Positions 8,468 through 17,531 of a stretch of DNA of 64,000 nt are shown here, piece by piece. The DNA comes from Candidatus Woesearchaeota archaeon (GTDB lineage: Archaea; Nanobdellota; Nanobdellia; Woesearchaeales; GW2011-AR9). The translations under genes and the position numbers were made by a program. The stretch is taken from contig JAHFSP010000003.1 in the NCBI GenBank assembly GCA_023265685.1, forward strand, positions 759-64,758, given 5' to 3'. The notes beneath the pieces were generated by a model. The model saw only the letters and a list, made by a program, of their open reading frames with translations. It searched no databases and was not told the DNA's origin. Positions within the stretch are counted from its first letter, which is position 1. Each line of letters begins with the position of its first letter.

Positions 8468-8506
8468 TGGTGTTTAGAACTTTGATTATTTTTAAAAATT
8501 GATTTC

Positions 8507-9388
8507 TTACTGGTGATGAGACATTTTTTTAATCCATTCTTCTACTGGTTTTACACATTGTTCACGAAAAGAATCTTCGCCTTGGGCTGCGACGTGGTTG
8601 GTGAGGAGGGTATTTTTGCAAAGGGAAGAAAGTTTTGTTTGTAGGTCGTTAGAGAAAACGTCTAGTCCTATGCCACGAAGTTTTTTCTCTTTCACTGCCC
8701 AGAGAAGAGCTTGTTCATCGACGACTTCTGCACGAGAGGTGTTGATAAAAAATGTATGTTCTTTGATTTGAGAGAAAAATTCTTTGTTGCAGAAGTTGCG
8801 GGTGTGTTCGAGAAGAGGAACGTGAATGGAAATAATATCACTTTTGTTGAGTAGAGTGGGAAGAGAGACCATGGCAACGTTGAGTTCACGCAGCAAGGTG
8901 ACGTCTTGAGCGACAACATCATAGGCAACAACGTTTACTTCACAGCCTTTGAGTTTTCGTGCAAGAATTTTCCCTATCGCACCAAAACCGATGAGTCCAA
9001 TAGTTTTGTTTTTTAATTCGGCGAAAGGACGTTGTGGGTCTTGACGTAGAAGAGCAAAGAGAAGATAGAACGCATGTTCGGCAACACTGTTAGCGTTAGT
9101 TCCAAGGCAGTTTACAAGAGTTATTTTATGTTTGGTAAGTTCTGCAATGTCGATGTTGTCAAGACCAACACTACAACTGAGGACATATTTTAATTGAGAA
9201 AATTTTGCAACGTCTTTGGGTTGAAGCGGTGAGAACGTGCGAATGACGAGGACTTGAGTTGTGGGGAATGATTTTGTGGCAAAGTATTGGTCGTTGGTGA
9301 TAGTGGTTACGTTTCCTTGTTTTTGGAGTAGAGAGAGAGCGTCTTTGTGGATGTCACCGACAACGAGGATTTCAATGGAGTGGTTCAT
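8507..9388 (-). CDS. D-isomer-specific 2-hydroxyacid dehydrogenase (SerA/GyaR-like)
   Basis: NAD-binding loop GLIGFGAIGKILARKL and the catalytic-domain pattern INTSRAEVVDEQALLWAVKEKKLRGIGLDVF. Confidence 0.85.
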   Translation of the reverse strand: MNHSIEILVVGDIHKDALSLLQKQGNVTTITNDQYFATKSFPTTQVLVIRTFSPLQPKDVAKFSQLKYVLSCSVGLDNIDIAELTKHKITLVNCLGTNANSVAEHAFYLLFALLRQDPQRPFAELKNKTIGLIGFGAIGKILARKLKGCEVNVVAYDVVAQDVTLLRELNVAMVSLPTLLNKSDIISIHVPLLEHTRNFCNKEFFSQIKEHTFFINTSRAEVVDEQALLWAVKEKKLRGIGLDVFSNDLQTKLSSLCKNTLLTNHVAAQGEDSFREQCVKPVEEWIKKMSHHQ

Positions 9389-9459
9389 GGTTCTGTGAGG
9401 GGGTTTGATCTTTATAAAAATGGTGGAAGAAGAGTATGGGTTTTGTGTAGATTCTTTGA

Positions 9460-10245
9460 TTATTCTGCCTTCGCTAATTTTCCTGATTTTCTCGATGATT
9501 CGACGGCCCAGCTAAGAATGTACGCAGCAATGACCAGCGAGATGAGGGCGATGATGAGTGCATAAAGAATTGAACCAACATTGAGAGGTTGGCCTTGGAT
9601 GGTCGCGCGCATTTGTTCGAATATATGGGTTGTGGGAAGAAGAATGGCAACTTTTGCCGCCCAGGGAGGAAGCGCACTAAGAGGATAAAATACACAGCTA
9701 AATGGTTGTAATACCCAGACAGGGCTCCAGGCAAGGACTTGAACGCGAGTGCCAAATAAAAAAATGAATGAACTTACAAAGAGACCAAGGGCCCAACCGA
9801 TAATTAAGAGAATGCTGATGAGAATACTTATGTGAACTAGATTAAACGTGAAGATACTAAAGTGATAGAGAAAATAGCTTACGGTGAGCATGACACTAAA
9901 TGCAACAAAGGAACGAATTAACCCCATGATGATCAGTGAGAAAAATAATTCGCTGGCTTGAAGGGGTGAGGCAAAGAGATTATACAAACTACGTGACCAG
10001 AAACTTTCGAGAAGATAGACGACGAGGTCTTGACTTGATCTCCACAGAAAAATCCAAAGGACAATACCACCAAGGATGTTCGTGAGAAGATTATATTGGG
10101 AGATACCTTGGATATAGAGAGTCATAAATCCCCAAATGAAGATGTCGAGAATAGGCCAGTAAAAAACATCAAAGAGACGGTCAAGACTATCAAGCGAAAA
10201 ATAATAATAGTTCAGGAGCATGGCTTTGACACGGTGGAGTTTCAT
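9460..10245 (-). CDS. ABC-2 type transporter permease
   Basis: Six predicted TM helices. It overlaps the upstream ATPase gene by 4 nt. Confidence 0.75.
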   Translation of the reverse strand: MKLHRVKAMLLNYYYFSLDSLDRLFDVFYWPILDIFIWGFMTLYIQGISQYNLLTNILGGIVLWIFLWRSSQDLVVYLLESFWSRSLYNLFASPLQASELFFSLIIMGLIRSFVAFSVMLTVSYFLYHFSIFTFNLVHISILISILLIIGWALGLFVSSFIFLFGTRVQVLAWSPVWVLQPFSCVFYPLSALPPWAAKVAILLPTTHIFEQMRATIQGQPLNVGSILYALIIALISLVIAAYILSWAVESSRKSGKLAKAE

Positions 10246-11258
10246 GTTCTTGACCTTGTTAAAAAATATTCTTCGAGAGTTGGCTTTTCTAAAATGAGGT
10301 CATCAAAGACAAGATTGTGTTGAATGAGTTTTTGAAACAATGGATACATGACATTGGCACGGTTTTCAATGCTGAAAATAAATTGGTTGTTTTTTTCTTC
10401 GAAGATGATTTTTTCTTTTTTGAGAAAGTTACGAGCTGCGGTTTGGTTTTTGGAGATAGTTAAATGGACACGTTGAACTTTGAGTTCAGCAATAAGATCT
10501 TTAGGTTTGCCCACTTTAACGATTTTTCCTTTGTCGACAAAGGCGACACGATCACAGAGTTTTTCTACTTCTTGCATGTAGTGAGAGGTGAAAATGATTG
10601 TACAGTTAGTCTTTTTGTGATAATTCTCGATCATGGTGCGAGTGATTTCAGCCATATCTGGATCGAGACCTACCGTGCACTCATCGAGAAAGAGAAGTTC
10701 TGGATCGCTGAGAAGTGCTTTTACTATTGCAACACGAGTGCGTTCACCTGAACTAAGGAGAAGAAGTTTGGTGTTGTAGAGATTGGTTAATGAAAAGTGA
10801 GAACAGAGCTGATCAATCTTTTTTTGGGAATCTTGAACGTTGTAGAGAAGTGCATAGACTTTAAGATTTTGAGAGATGGTGAGATTTTGACTGAGATTAT
10901 AATAGGCCGTGGCAACGTTGAAACGCTGTTTACATTCCTCTTCATGTTTGAAAAAATCTTTGCCAAACATGGTGATCGTGCCAGAGGTTGGTCGCAGAAG
11001 TCCTGTGAGGATGTTAATAGTGGTAGATTTGCCTGCACCATTGACTCCAAGCAGTCCGAAAATTTCACCTTTTTTGACTTGAAATGAGATATCATCAACC
11101 GCGTTGAATACACCTGTTTTGGTTTTGTATAGTCGTCCAACTAAATCCTTCGGATTTTGTTTGGACTCGTGATAGTCAAACAAGTGGCGAAACCATTCGG
11201 TTTTCTTTCTTGGTTGACTATATTCTTTGACGAGATTTTTGACTTCAAGAACGTTCAT
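10242..11258 (-). CDS. ABC transporter ATP-binding protein
   Basis: Walker A GLLGVNGAGKST, signature LSSGERTR and Walker B LLFLDECTVGLD. The start is placed at MNVLEVKNL. Confidence 0.9.
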   Translation of the reverse strand: MNVLEVKNLVKEYSQPRKKTEWFRHLFDYHESKQNPKDLVGRLYKTKTGVFNAVDDISFQVKKGEIFGLLGVNGAGKSTTINILTGLLRPTSGTITMFGKDFFKHEEECKQRFNVATAYYNLSQNLTISQNLKVYALLYNVQDSQKKIDQLCSHFSLTNLYNTKLLLLSSGERTRVAIVKALLSDPELLFLDECTVGLDPDMAEITRTMIENYHKKTNCTIIFTSHYMQEVEKLCDRVAFVDKGKIVKVGKPKDLIAELKVQRVHLTISKNQTAARNFLKKEKIIFEEKNNQFIFSIENRANVMYPLFQKLIQHNLVFDDLILEKPTLEEYFLTRSRT

Positions 11259-11348
11259 GCTTTTAGAAAATAGAGATTGATTAATAAGGGTAGTGGTTGA
11301 CGGATTAAGTAAAAAGAGTTGGTGATTAAACAAAAATACAAGAATCTT

Positions 11349-12107
11349 TTATTGGTCCGTATTAAAAGAAGTGTCGTCAAAGAATGTTACTTGACTTGGA
11401 TCTAAACAGCCAGGCCAACGATTGGACAACGGGAGTTGAGGGTTAGCGACATAACAACAGGGGTTGCCGAGGTCGTCACAGCTTGTCTGTCCACCATCGA
11501 CAGAGGTTATTGTGGATGGCGAGGTTGTTGTATCGATGAGATAGGCTTGACAGTTAGTACTTTCTCGATAATGAGTTCGAACACATTTCCCAGCGTCTGA
11601 TTCAGGTACAGAACGGGGAAATCCTGGTGCCCAGTTACCTGCGGTGCAAGGAGCAGGATCAATAGAACTATAATTCTGATCGGGATCAATACAACACGCA
11701 GCACCTGTTGAATCACACCCCACAATTCCTCCTTCGTCGATTTCATTGTTAGCATTTTTTCGACGACAAATAGGACCATTACTTCCCGCATACCCATAGG
11801 CAGTGCATAAGCCTTCCCAACTTGCATCTATGGGAATAGCATCAATGATGGCATCGATACTGGACGCATCTAAAGTAGGATTGGGCGTGGGATTAGGTGA
11901 GGGAGTAGGATTTGGTTGGGGCGATGGCTGTGGTGTTTCTAGAGTTGGACATCCAGCATCGCATTGTGGTGTGAACATGGTGGGAGAGTAGGGGGTGTTG
12001 GAGTTGTATCCTATTCCAGAAGAATTGGAAATGTCTGGACCGCACGCTGACATTACAAGAAGAGTAAGAGAAGAGACTACATTTAGATTAGTGTAGGAAG
12101 ATACCAT
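11349..12107 (-). CDS. Secreted Cys-rich putative lipoprotein with a Pro/Thr linker
   Basis: Signal plus lipobox-like LLVMSAC, linker PQPSPQPNPTPSPNPTPNPT, and two repeats of a CC-containing module (GCDSTGAACCIDPDQ / SCDDLGNPCCYVANPQ). Confidence 0.6.
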   Translation of the reverse strand: MVSSYTNLNVVSSLTLLVMSACGPDISNSSGIGYNSNTPYSPTMFTPQCDAGCPTLETPQPSPQPNPTPSPNPTPNPTLDASSIDAIIDAIPIDASWEGLCTAYGYAGSNGPICRRKNANNEIDEGGIVGCDSTGAACCIDPDQNYSSIDPAPCTAGNWAPGFPRSVPESDAGKCVRTHYRESTNCQAYLIDTTTSPSTITSVDGGQTSCDDLGNPCCYVANPQLPLSNRWPGCLDPSQVTFFDDTSFNTDQ

Positions 12108-12257
12108 CTGATTATTTTTTACTACTTCATTTTAATAACATTTGTTGTTTTTGAATAGATATTTTAAATGATATAGTTTATAATAACTATTTTAGGATAT
12201 ATCTATTACAATGAGGTAATTCTTTTAAATAAACATTTTCTACTTCTAAGTGATACT

Positions 12258-13727
12258 ATGAAATTCTATCAACCGGTATTACTTGCAGGAGGAGTAGCAC
12301 TTGGTTCTTCAGTTCTAGCACAAGAACCATATAATCCGTGGGCGCATACACCTGTAGCACCGATACCTGCGTCTGTTTTAGCAACTGTTCCTGCAACTGT
12401 GCCTCCATCTACTCCTGCTTCTACTCCCTCTTTACCACCATTTTTAGCTCCTGTTTCCATATCCCCTTCTGCTCCGATAATTATTCCTCCCTCTGTGTCA
12501 CCATCAGCTCCACCTTCCATACCTGCGTCTGCTCCTGTTGTGGTGCCTTCTACTACCCTAGTTGCACCTGAATCAGTTTCTCCTGTTTTGGTTTCTGTTC
12601 CAACAGCTGTTCCTGCAGTTGTGAGTGCTCCTGCATCAAAGGGAGTACCTTCTTCTCCAATAATATCTTCACCACGATCTCTCGAAACGAGAACGCTCGA
12701 AAATGATGGAGTTGCCGGTAGAGTTGCTCAGGAGCATCGACATACTTTAGGTGATACCACTGGGATGTTTGGTCGTGGAGCATATGCAGGGACGATGATA
12801 CAATCAAATGTGGGACAGGAAAATGTTGCAGGTGTTCATGCTGTAAATGGTTTTCAACTTGTTTTAGACCATACACGTCTTACAAATAAACCAGATATTC
12901 TTCAGGGAGGATTTCGAACACCTGAATTTAAGGGAATTATTCTTCAGACATCGGCTGAACTTCCAACAAATCAGCAATATGGTAACATCAATGGACAGAT
13001 TCTTTTCAAACCCGTAACAAACACGCAAGTTCGTAGCGGAACATTACATTTTTTTGGAGAAAATTATGGTATTGTTGGTGGACAATATGTTGGTCCTCGT
13101 TTGGGCGGATTTATTGTTAATGGCGATATCATTGGAAACACTAATACACTGGGTACAGAAGGTTTTATAGGTTTTGAGTCAAGTCCTTGGTATGTGAGTG
13201 CTGGTGGAAATTCAACACGTAGATTGATAACAAGTTCGCAGGGTGTGTACCAACGTGATCGAAAGTTCGGAGTATTGAACCAAGCGTGGTATTCTAGAAA
13301 CGCACAACAAGGTTTCAAAGTGATTATGGGTCCTGAATTTACTCTTGATGGAAATGATGCAGCTGATCTAGATCAACGACTTACAAATGCAGGTCAACTC
13401 TGGGTTAATGAAGGTTGGCAACGTTTTGATCCTAATTATGCAAATGGACGATTTTTGATTGGTCTGAATGCGGATCGGAATGAAAAGATTGACGAGTGGC
13501 ATATAGGTGGTATGTTTTATGACCAAATGAGTAAAGATGGAACTGGCGTAGAAAATTATTTTTGGGGTGTTGGGTTTGCACGTGCTCAAGCGAAGGATTG
13601 TAAAGGATGGGTGATTGTTCTTGATGAAGCATCACCATTTCCACTTTTTTCAGAGAGAGTTACTCTGCGTGTTGATGAAGAATATCATGTTATTGCGACG
13701 GCATGGATCGGAACTTTAACACGGTAG
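12258..13727 (+). CDS. Secreted protein: signal peptide, ~110-aa P/S/V/A low-complexity stalk and a Gly/aromatic-rich C-terminal domain
   Basis: MKFYQPVLLAGGVALGSSVLAQE signal, then repeated PxS/VPA units, then a globular beta-rich-looking region. Confidence 0.65.
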   Translation: MKFYQPVLLAGGVALGSSVLAQEPYNPWAHTPVAPIPASVLATVPATVPPSTPASTPSLPPFLAPVSISPSAPIIIPPSVSPSAPPSIPASAPVVVPSTTLVAPESVSPVLVSVPTAVPAVVSAPASKGVPSSPIISSPRSLETRTLENDGVAGRVAQEHRHTLGDTTGMFGRGAYAGTMIQSNVGQENVAGVHAVNGFQLVLDHTRLTNKPDILQGGFRTPEFKGIILQTSAELPTNQQYGNINGQILFKPVTNTQVRSGTLHFFGENYGIVGGQYVGPRLGGFIVNGDIIGNTNTLGTEGFIGFESSPWYVSAGGNSTRRLITSSQGVYQRDRKFGVLNQAWYSRNAQQGFKVIMGPEFTLDGNDAADLDQRLTNAGQLWVNEGWQRFDPNYANGRFLIGLNADRNEKIDEWHIGGMFYDQMSKDGTGVENYFWGVGFARAQAKDCKGWVIVLDEASPFPLFSERVTLRVDEEYHVIATAWIGTLTR

Positions 13728-13868
13728 TTTTAGTATAGTAATGGAATCTTTTTGTTGATTGGTAATAAATTTAAGAAAAAAGAAAGATGAATTTCGAAAA
13801 ACACCATACCATTTATAAAAAATAGTTTGGTGAAATATATAGGGGGATAGGTTTGGAAGGTATTAATT

Positions 13869-15161
13869 ATGGTAAAAATTATAGTAAATGCTCCCCCTGT
13901 GCCATCTGGTGATGCAGTAGATAATCTGGTTGAACCGCAAACTCTTTTACTTCATATTTTGCGAGATGACCATGGAAGGCCAGTCACTGATGCGGCTGTT
14001 GCAGCTCAAATTCTTCAAGGAACAGTGTCCAGCGCATTGTATGCACCATTGGGAAATAATGAAGAACTATCTGGATTATATTATGGTGCACGGTTTTCAG
14101 ATGAACCTCATATTTCACACGTAGTATTTACTAGCCCTAACACAAGTCAAAGAACAGAACCTGATAAAGATCTTTTTGTGAAGCAACAATTTACTGTGTT
14201 GAAAGAAGTGCGTGATCGACAAACTGCTGTTAATAAAAATTCACGACGACAAAAAATAACTGGGGTTGCTGTAGGAGTTCTTGGTTTGGGACTTGGGGTT
14301 ACAGGAGTTTGGTATGGTGCGTCGGCGAGTGGGGCTGCACAGCGTGAACATGAACTTTTTGATGCTGCGGTTACACAAACGCAAGAAATTCTTGAGGGTA
14401 ATAAAACAAGAGCAGATACTCTTGCCCAGGATGTTCTTGCGTATAGAAGAGTTGTTGTTTCAACTGGTTCTACTCTTGACGAGATACAGGCAAAATATGA
14501 AAAACAAAAAACATTAGCTGATTTAGCTAAAACAAATGGTGATATACTTAAAACTCGAGTTGACGATGTAGATAGAATTATTAGAGAGCAATTTAAACTG
14601 TTAGATGAGAAAGAACCACAGGTAAATGCATTGGAAACAATGTTAGAAGAAATTAAGAATGCAGACCCTTATATCAATTTGATAGCAACAGCAGATAGGG
14701 TTATTGACCTACCTGCTCGAGTTGATGCAGCAGGAAAGGCTCTGCGAGATCGATATGGGTTTTATTCGCAACTAATTGGTTTGTTGAACCGAGAAAGTAG
14801 ATCGAGTGCTGCTCTGCCAGTTCAAATCAACCAAGCTTTAGGGTATCAAGTTGGAATGGTTGGTGGATTTTTATCAAGCCAAATGGAGAATTATTTGTGG
14901 TCGCATACAAAACCGGATGGTAATTTTGTGCCACTGCTCACCACTATGACTAATTTTTTCGCACAGTATACTGGAGCTGCGAAAGTGTCTGGTGTGACAT
15001 ATAACAACGGAAACATCTTGGTTATGGGATCGGATTGTTCTACGGCTACGCAAACGCTTGCAGCAGTTCTTGGTGTTAAATCTAATTTTAGACCTAAGTT
15101 TGGGCAGTTCACAGTAGATGCTGTTTGCATAAAACAGACTGGTTCTCCTTATACATTTTAA
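13869..15161 (+). CDS. Membrane-anchored protein with a coiled-coil region
   Basis: Single TM ITGVAVGVLGLGLGVTGVWYG near residue 130, followed by heptad-like segments. Confidence 0.55.
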   Translation: MVKIIVNAPPVPSGDAVDNLVEPQTLLLHILRDDHGRPVTDAAVAAQILQGTVSSALYAPLGNNEELSGLYYGARFSDEPHISHVVFTSPNTSQRTEPDKDLFVKQQFTVLKEVRDRQTAVNKNSRRQKITGVAVGVLGLGLGVTGVWYGASASGAAQREHELFDAAVTQTQEILEGNKTRADTLAQDVLAYRRVVVSTGSTLDEIQAKYEKQKTLADLAKTNGDILKTRVDDVDRIIREQFKLLDEKEPQVNALETMLEEIKNADPYINLIATADRVIDLPARVDAAGKALRDRYGFYSQLIGLLNRESRSSAALPVQINQALGYQVGMVGGFLSSQMENYLWSHTKPDGNFVPLLTTMTNFFAQYTGAAKVSGVTYNNGNILVMGSDCSTATQTLAAVLGVKSNFRPKFGQFTVDAVCIKQTGSPYTF

Positions 15162-15181
15162 ACATTTTAAATTTTTAATTT

Positions 15182-15190
15182 AAAAAAAAA
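15182..15190 (-). terminator. Poly-T terminator after tRNA-Thr
   Basis: A T-run follows immediately after the discriminator base on the minus strand. Confidence 0.5.
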
Positions 15191-15305
15191 AGCCTCTGCG
15201 GGGACATTCAGTCACAATGGAATTGTGGACATTTGAACCCCGGACCTGCGCTTCTCTCAAAGGGTTTTGTACGAGAGCGCCGCTCTACTACTAAGCCACA
15301 GAGGC
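15191..15305 (-). tRNA. tRNA-Thr (anticodon CGU) with two introns: 16 nt at 37/38 and ~27 nt in the T-loop
   Basis: Hand fold: acceptor GCCUCUG/CAGAGGC, D stem GCUU/GAGC, anticodon stem GCGCU/AGCGC, loop CU-CGU-A[intron]A, T stem CGGGG/CCCCG, T loop UUCAAAU interrupted by gtccacaattccattgtgactgaatgt. The mature length is 72 nt. Confidence 0.8.
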
Positions 15306-15427
15306 AGTTAGGTTAATGATTTGGGGTTTTCTTTTTTAAGGTATCGTGATTCAAGAAGAAATTTATGGGGGTTGAAAGAGTGGTTTACGATTAACTGGGG
15401 ATTATTGGTATTAGTTCAACAGTTGGA

Positions 15428-15592
15428 TTAGTTGAGTTTAGCGAGAAGTTCTTCTTTGGTTTTGAATTTTTTCTGACATTCGAAACATACGGGGTATTGA
15501 GTTGAAGAACCTGGCTTGTGAACAATCGTGCCTTTGATTTTACTTAAAAAGAGTTCAGCGATTTTGTTGGAACAGATGGAACATTTTGGCAT
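15428..15592 (-). CDS. Small zinc-ribbon protein (54 aa)
   Basis: MPKCSICSNK...YPVCFECQKKF has a CxxC...CxxC pattern. GGAGG and a TATA-like box lie upstream. It falls below the ORF-track length cutoff. Confidence 0.4.
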   Translation of the reverse strand: MPKCSICSNKIAELFLSKIKGTIVHKPGSSTQYPVCFECQKKFKTKEELLAKLN

Positions 15593-15666
15593 GGAGGAGT
15601 AGAATGAGAATTCTTTAAAAATTATTCCCTCTATTTTTCTTGCTTTGAATACTATTCTCTATAACT

Positions 15667-16578
15667 TTACTCTCGATTAAAAAAACTTTCAACTCCGTCC
15701 ATGATACTGAGAGGATCGTAGCCTCCCTCTAGGACTGCAAAATAAGGAATAAGAGACCGATCTAAAATTTTCCACAGAGCTTGGTAAGAATCACTGGTCA
15801 AATTGAAACTACCCCCAAATGTTTCTTCGAAGGTATTGCTGTCATGGACGCAGGTATCAAAGCCTGCACTTACCGCGATGATGGAGGGATTTTCTCTTTC
15901 GATTGTTTTTGTGAGACGACGTTCTAAAACTTGAATATATCTTGCATCACTTGTTCCTGATGGAAGGAAGATATTTTCGCATCTTTCAAATTGATCTTGA
16001 TCGCCATGTGGCCATAATCCTGCACAATTTATAGAAAAATAGGAAGTATTGGGTGTTTTTGTAACGTATTCTATTGTCCCGTCACCAAGATGAAGATCAA
16101 CATCAATAATCAGAATTTTTCGTTCGCCCTGCTGACGAAGAAATTCAGTAGCAATAGCAACATTATTGAAAACACAGAATCCCCCTTCTTTGTCTGACCA
16201 AGCATGATGACCTGGTGGACGGACAAACGCAAAAGCACGACGAGCATGTTGTGCATATTTGGCAGCTTCGATAGTAGCCCCTACCGCATAACAGGCAGCT
16301 TGATATGTGCTCTGAGAAAAGCAATTATCAATTATTGTGTTGATTTCTCCTCTTCCTAACTCGTTGCAAATGGTACGTACTTTGTGAATATAATCTGGAG
16401 TGTGAAAAAGAGGTAAATACTCTTCGCCGTTGGGTGCATCTTGTACTGTGACTATATCAATTAGTTCTTCTAACGCTTCATCAAGTCGCTCTGGCTGATC
16501 TGGACAATCTAAAGAGACTTTATGATTGATGTGCAGAGGTGAATAAATTAATACTGGCTCTGAATTCATGATTATCAT
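15667..16578 (-). CDS. Histone deacetylase-family (AcuC/acetylpolyamine amidohydrolase-like) deacetylase
   Basis: RPPGHHA catalytic His pair, GFCVFNNVAIA and IIDVDLHLGDGT zinc-ligand motif. Confidence 0.85.
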   Translation of the reverse strand: MIIMNSEPVLIYSPLHINHKVSLDCPDQPERLDEALEELIDIVTVQDAPNGEEYLPLFHTPDYIHKVRTICNELGRGEINTIIDNCFSQSTYQAACYAVGATIEAAKYAQHARRAFAFVRPPGHHAWSDKEGGFCVFNNVAIATEFLRQQGERKILIIDVDLHLGDGTIEYVTKTPNTSYFSINCAGLWPHGDQDQFERCENIFLPSGTSDARYIQVLERRLTKTIERENPSIIAVSAGFDTCVHDSNTFEETFGGSFNLTSDSYQALWKILDRSLIPYFAVLEGGYDPLSIMDGVESFFNRE

Positions 16579-16671
16579 GAGCCTTTATGATCGTTACTTT
16601 AAAAATGTTATTATTTCAAAGTGATTAATTTTTAGGGAAATATTTTAAAGTAAGCCTGTTTTCGGTGGTGT

Positions 16672-17481
16672 ATGGGACGTCAGGTACTAGATTCGGCAGA
16701 ACTTAATGGTTGGCTTGAGCGCTATGAAAAAATGCTTATTGAGGATCAAAAAGGTGGGTTGGAAGAGCCTGATGATGTTTTAGACGCACGGCGATTTACT
16801 CAACCTGTTAGAAGAGGATTTTGTTCTGCATCTGAGAATAAAATGGTGTCTGATGTCGTTGTTACGAGTGCCGATCAAAATGACCATACTTTACTTACAC
16901 GTTTGGATAATATTTTTTATCGTACTTTGTATGGTCAGGAAAGAGATGATTCGTTTGAACCCGACTTTCCAACTGAAGTTCTTGTTGCCCGAAAAAATGT
17001 GCATCTTGTAGGTGGAATTTGGTACGCAATAGAGCCAACGCAGGTGTATGAAGGTTTTTTGTATCTTGATAGAATGGTAGTAGTAGATAGAGAGCGAGGG
17101 CAAAATATTGGTACAAAAATGTTGGTGAATCTGCTGGAATATGTGCCCGAAGGGAAAAGTGTTATTCTTCATGCATGGGATAAAGCAATCCCGTTTTATG
17201 TTTGTAATGGGTTTTTTTCAGCAGGCGAAGATGTTGAAGGTGAGGATGGATGTTTTTTTCGTAAGATGGTTTTGCCTCTTGACTGGGGTACTTTTCAAGA
17301 TTATAAACAGGAAGGATGGCAAGAGGAATTACAGGCCGCTACACGTGATGAGATCTTTTTTAGAAAGATTCGTAAAGCATTGGAGAAAAATTGTGAAGAG
17401 TCATTTACTGAATTGAGCTCTAATCCTTTCACGGCAGTGTTATATCGTAATGCAGGAATCGATCATAGACTTCTAAAATAG
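16672..17481 (+). CDS. GNAT-family acetyltransferase with an uncharacterised N-terminal region
   Basis: Motif A-like VVVDRERGQNIGTKMLVNLL and AIPFYVCNGF. Confidence 0.55.
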   Translation: MGRQVLDSAELNGWLERYEKMLIEDQKGGLEEPDDVLDARRFTQPVRRGFCSASENKMVSDVVVTSADQNDHTLLTRLDNIFYRTLYGQERDDSFEPDFPTEVLVARKNVHLVGGIWYAIEPTQVYEGFLYLDRMVVVDRERGQNIGTKMLVNLLEYVPEGKSVILHAWDKAIPFYVCNGFFSAGEDVEGEDGCFFRKMVLPLDWGTFQDYKQEGWQEELQAATRDEIFFRKIRKALEKNCEESFTELSSNPFTAVLYRNAGIDHRLLK

Positions 17482-17531
17482 ATCAAACCTTAACCAAAAC
17501 TAATATAAAAGCACCTTTCTGCGTACTGTTT

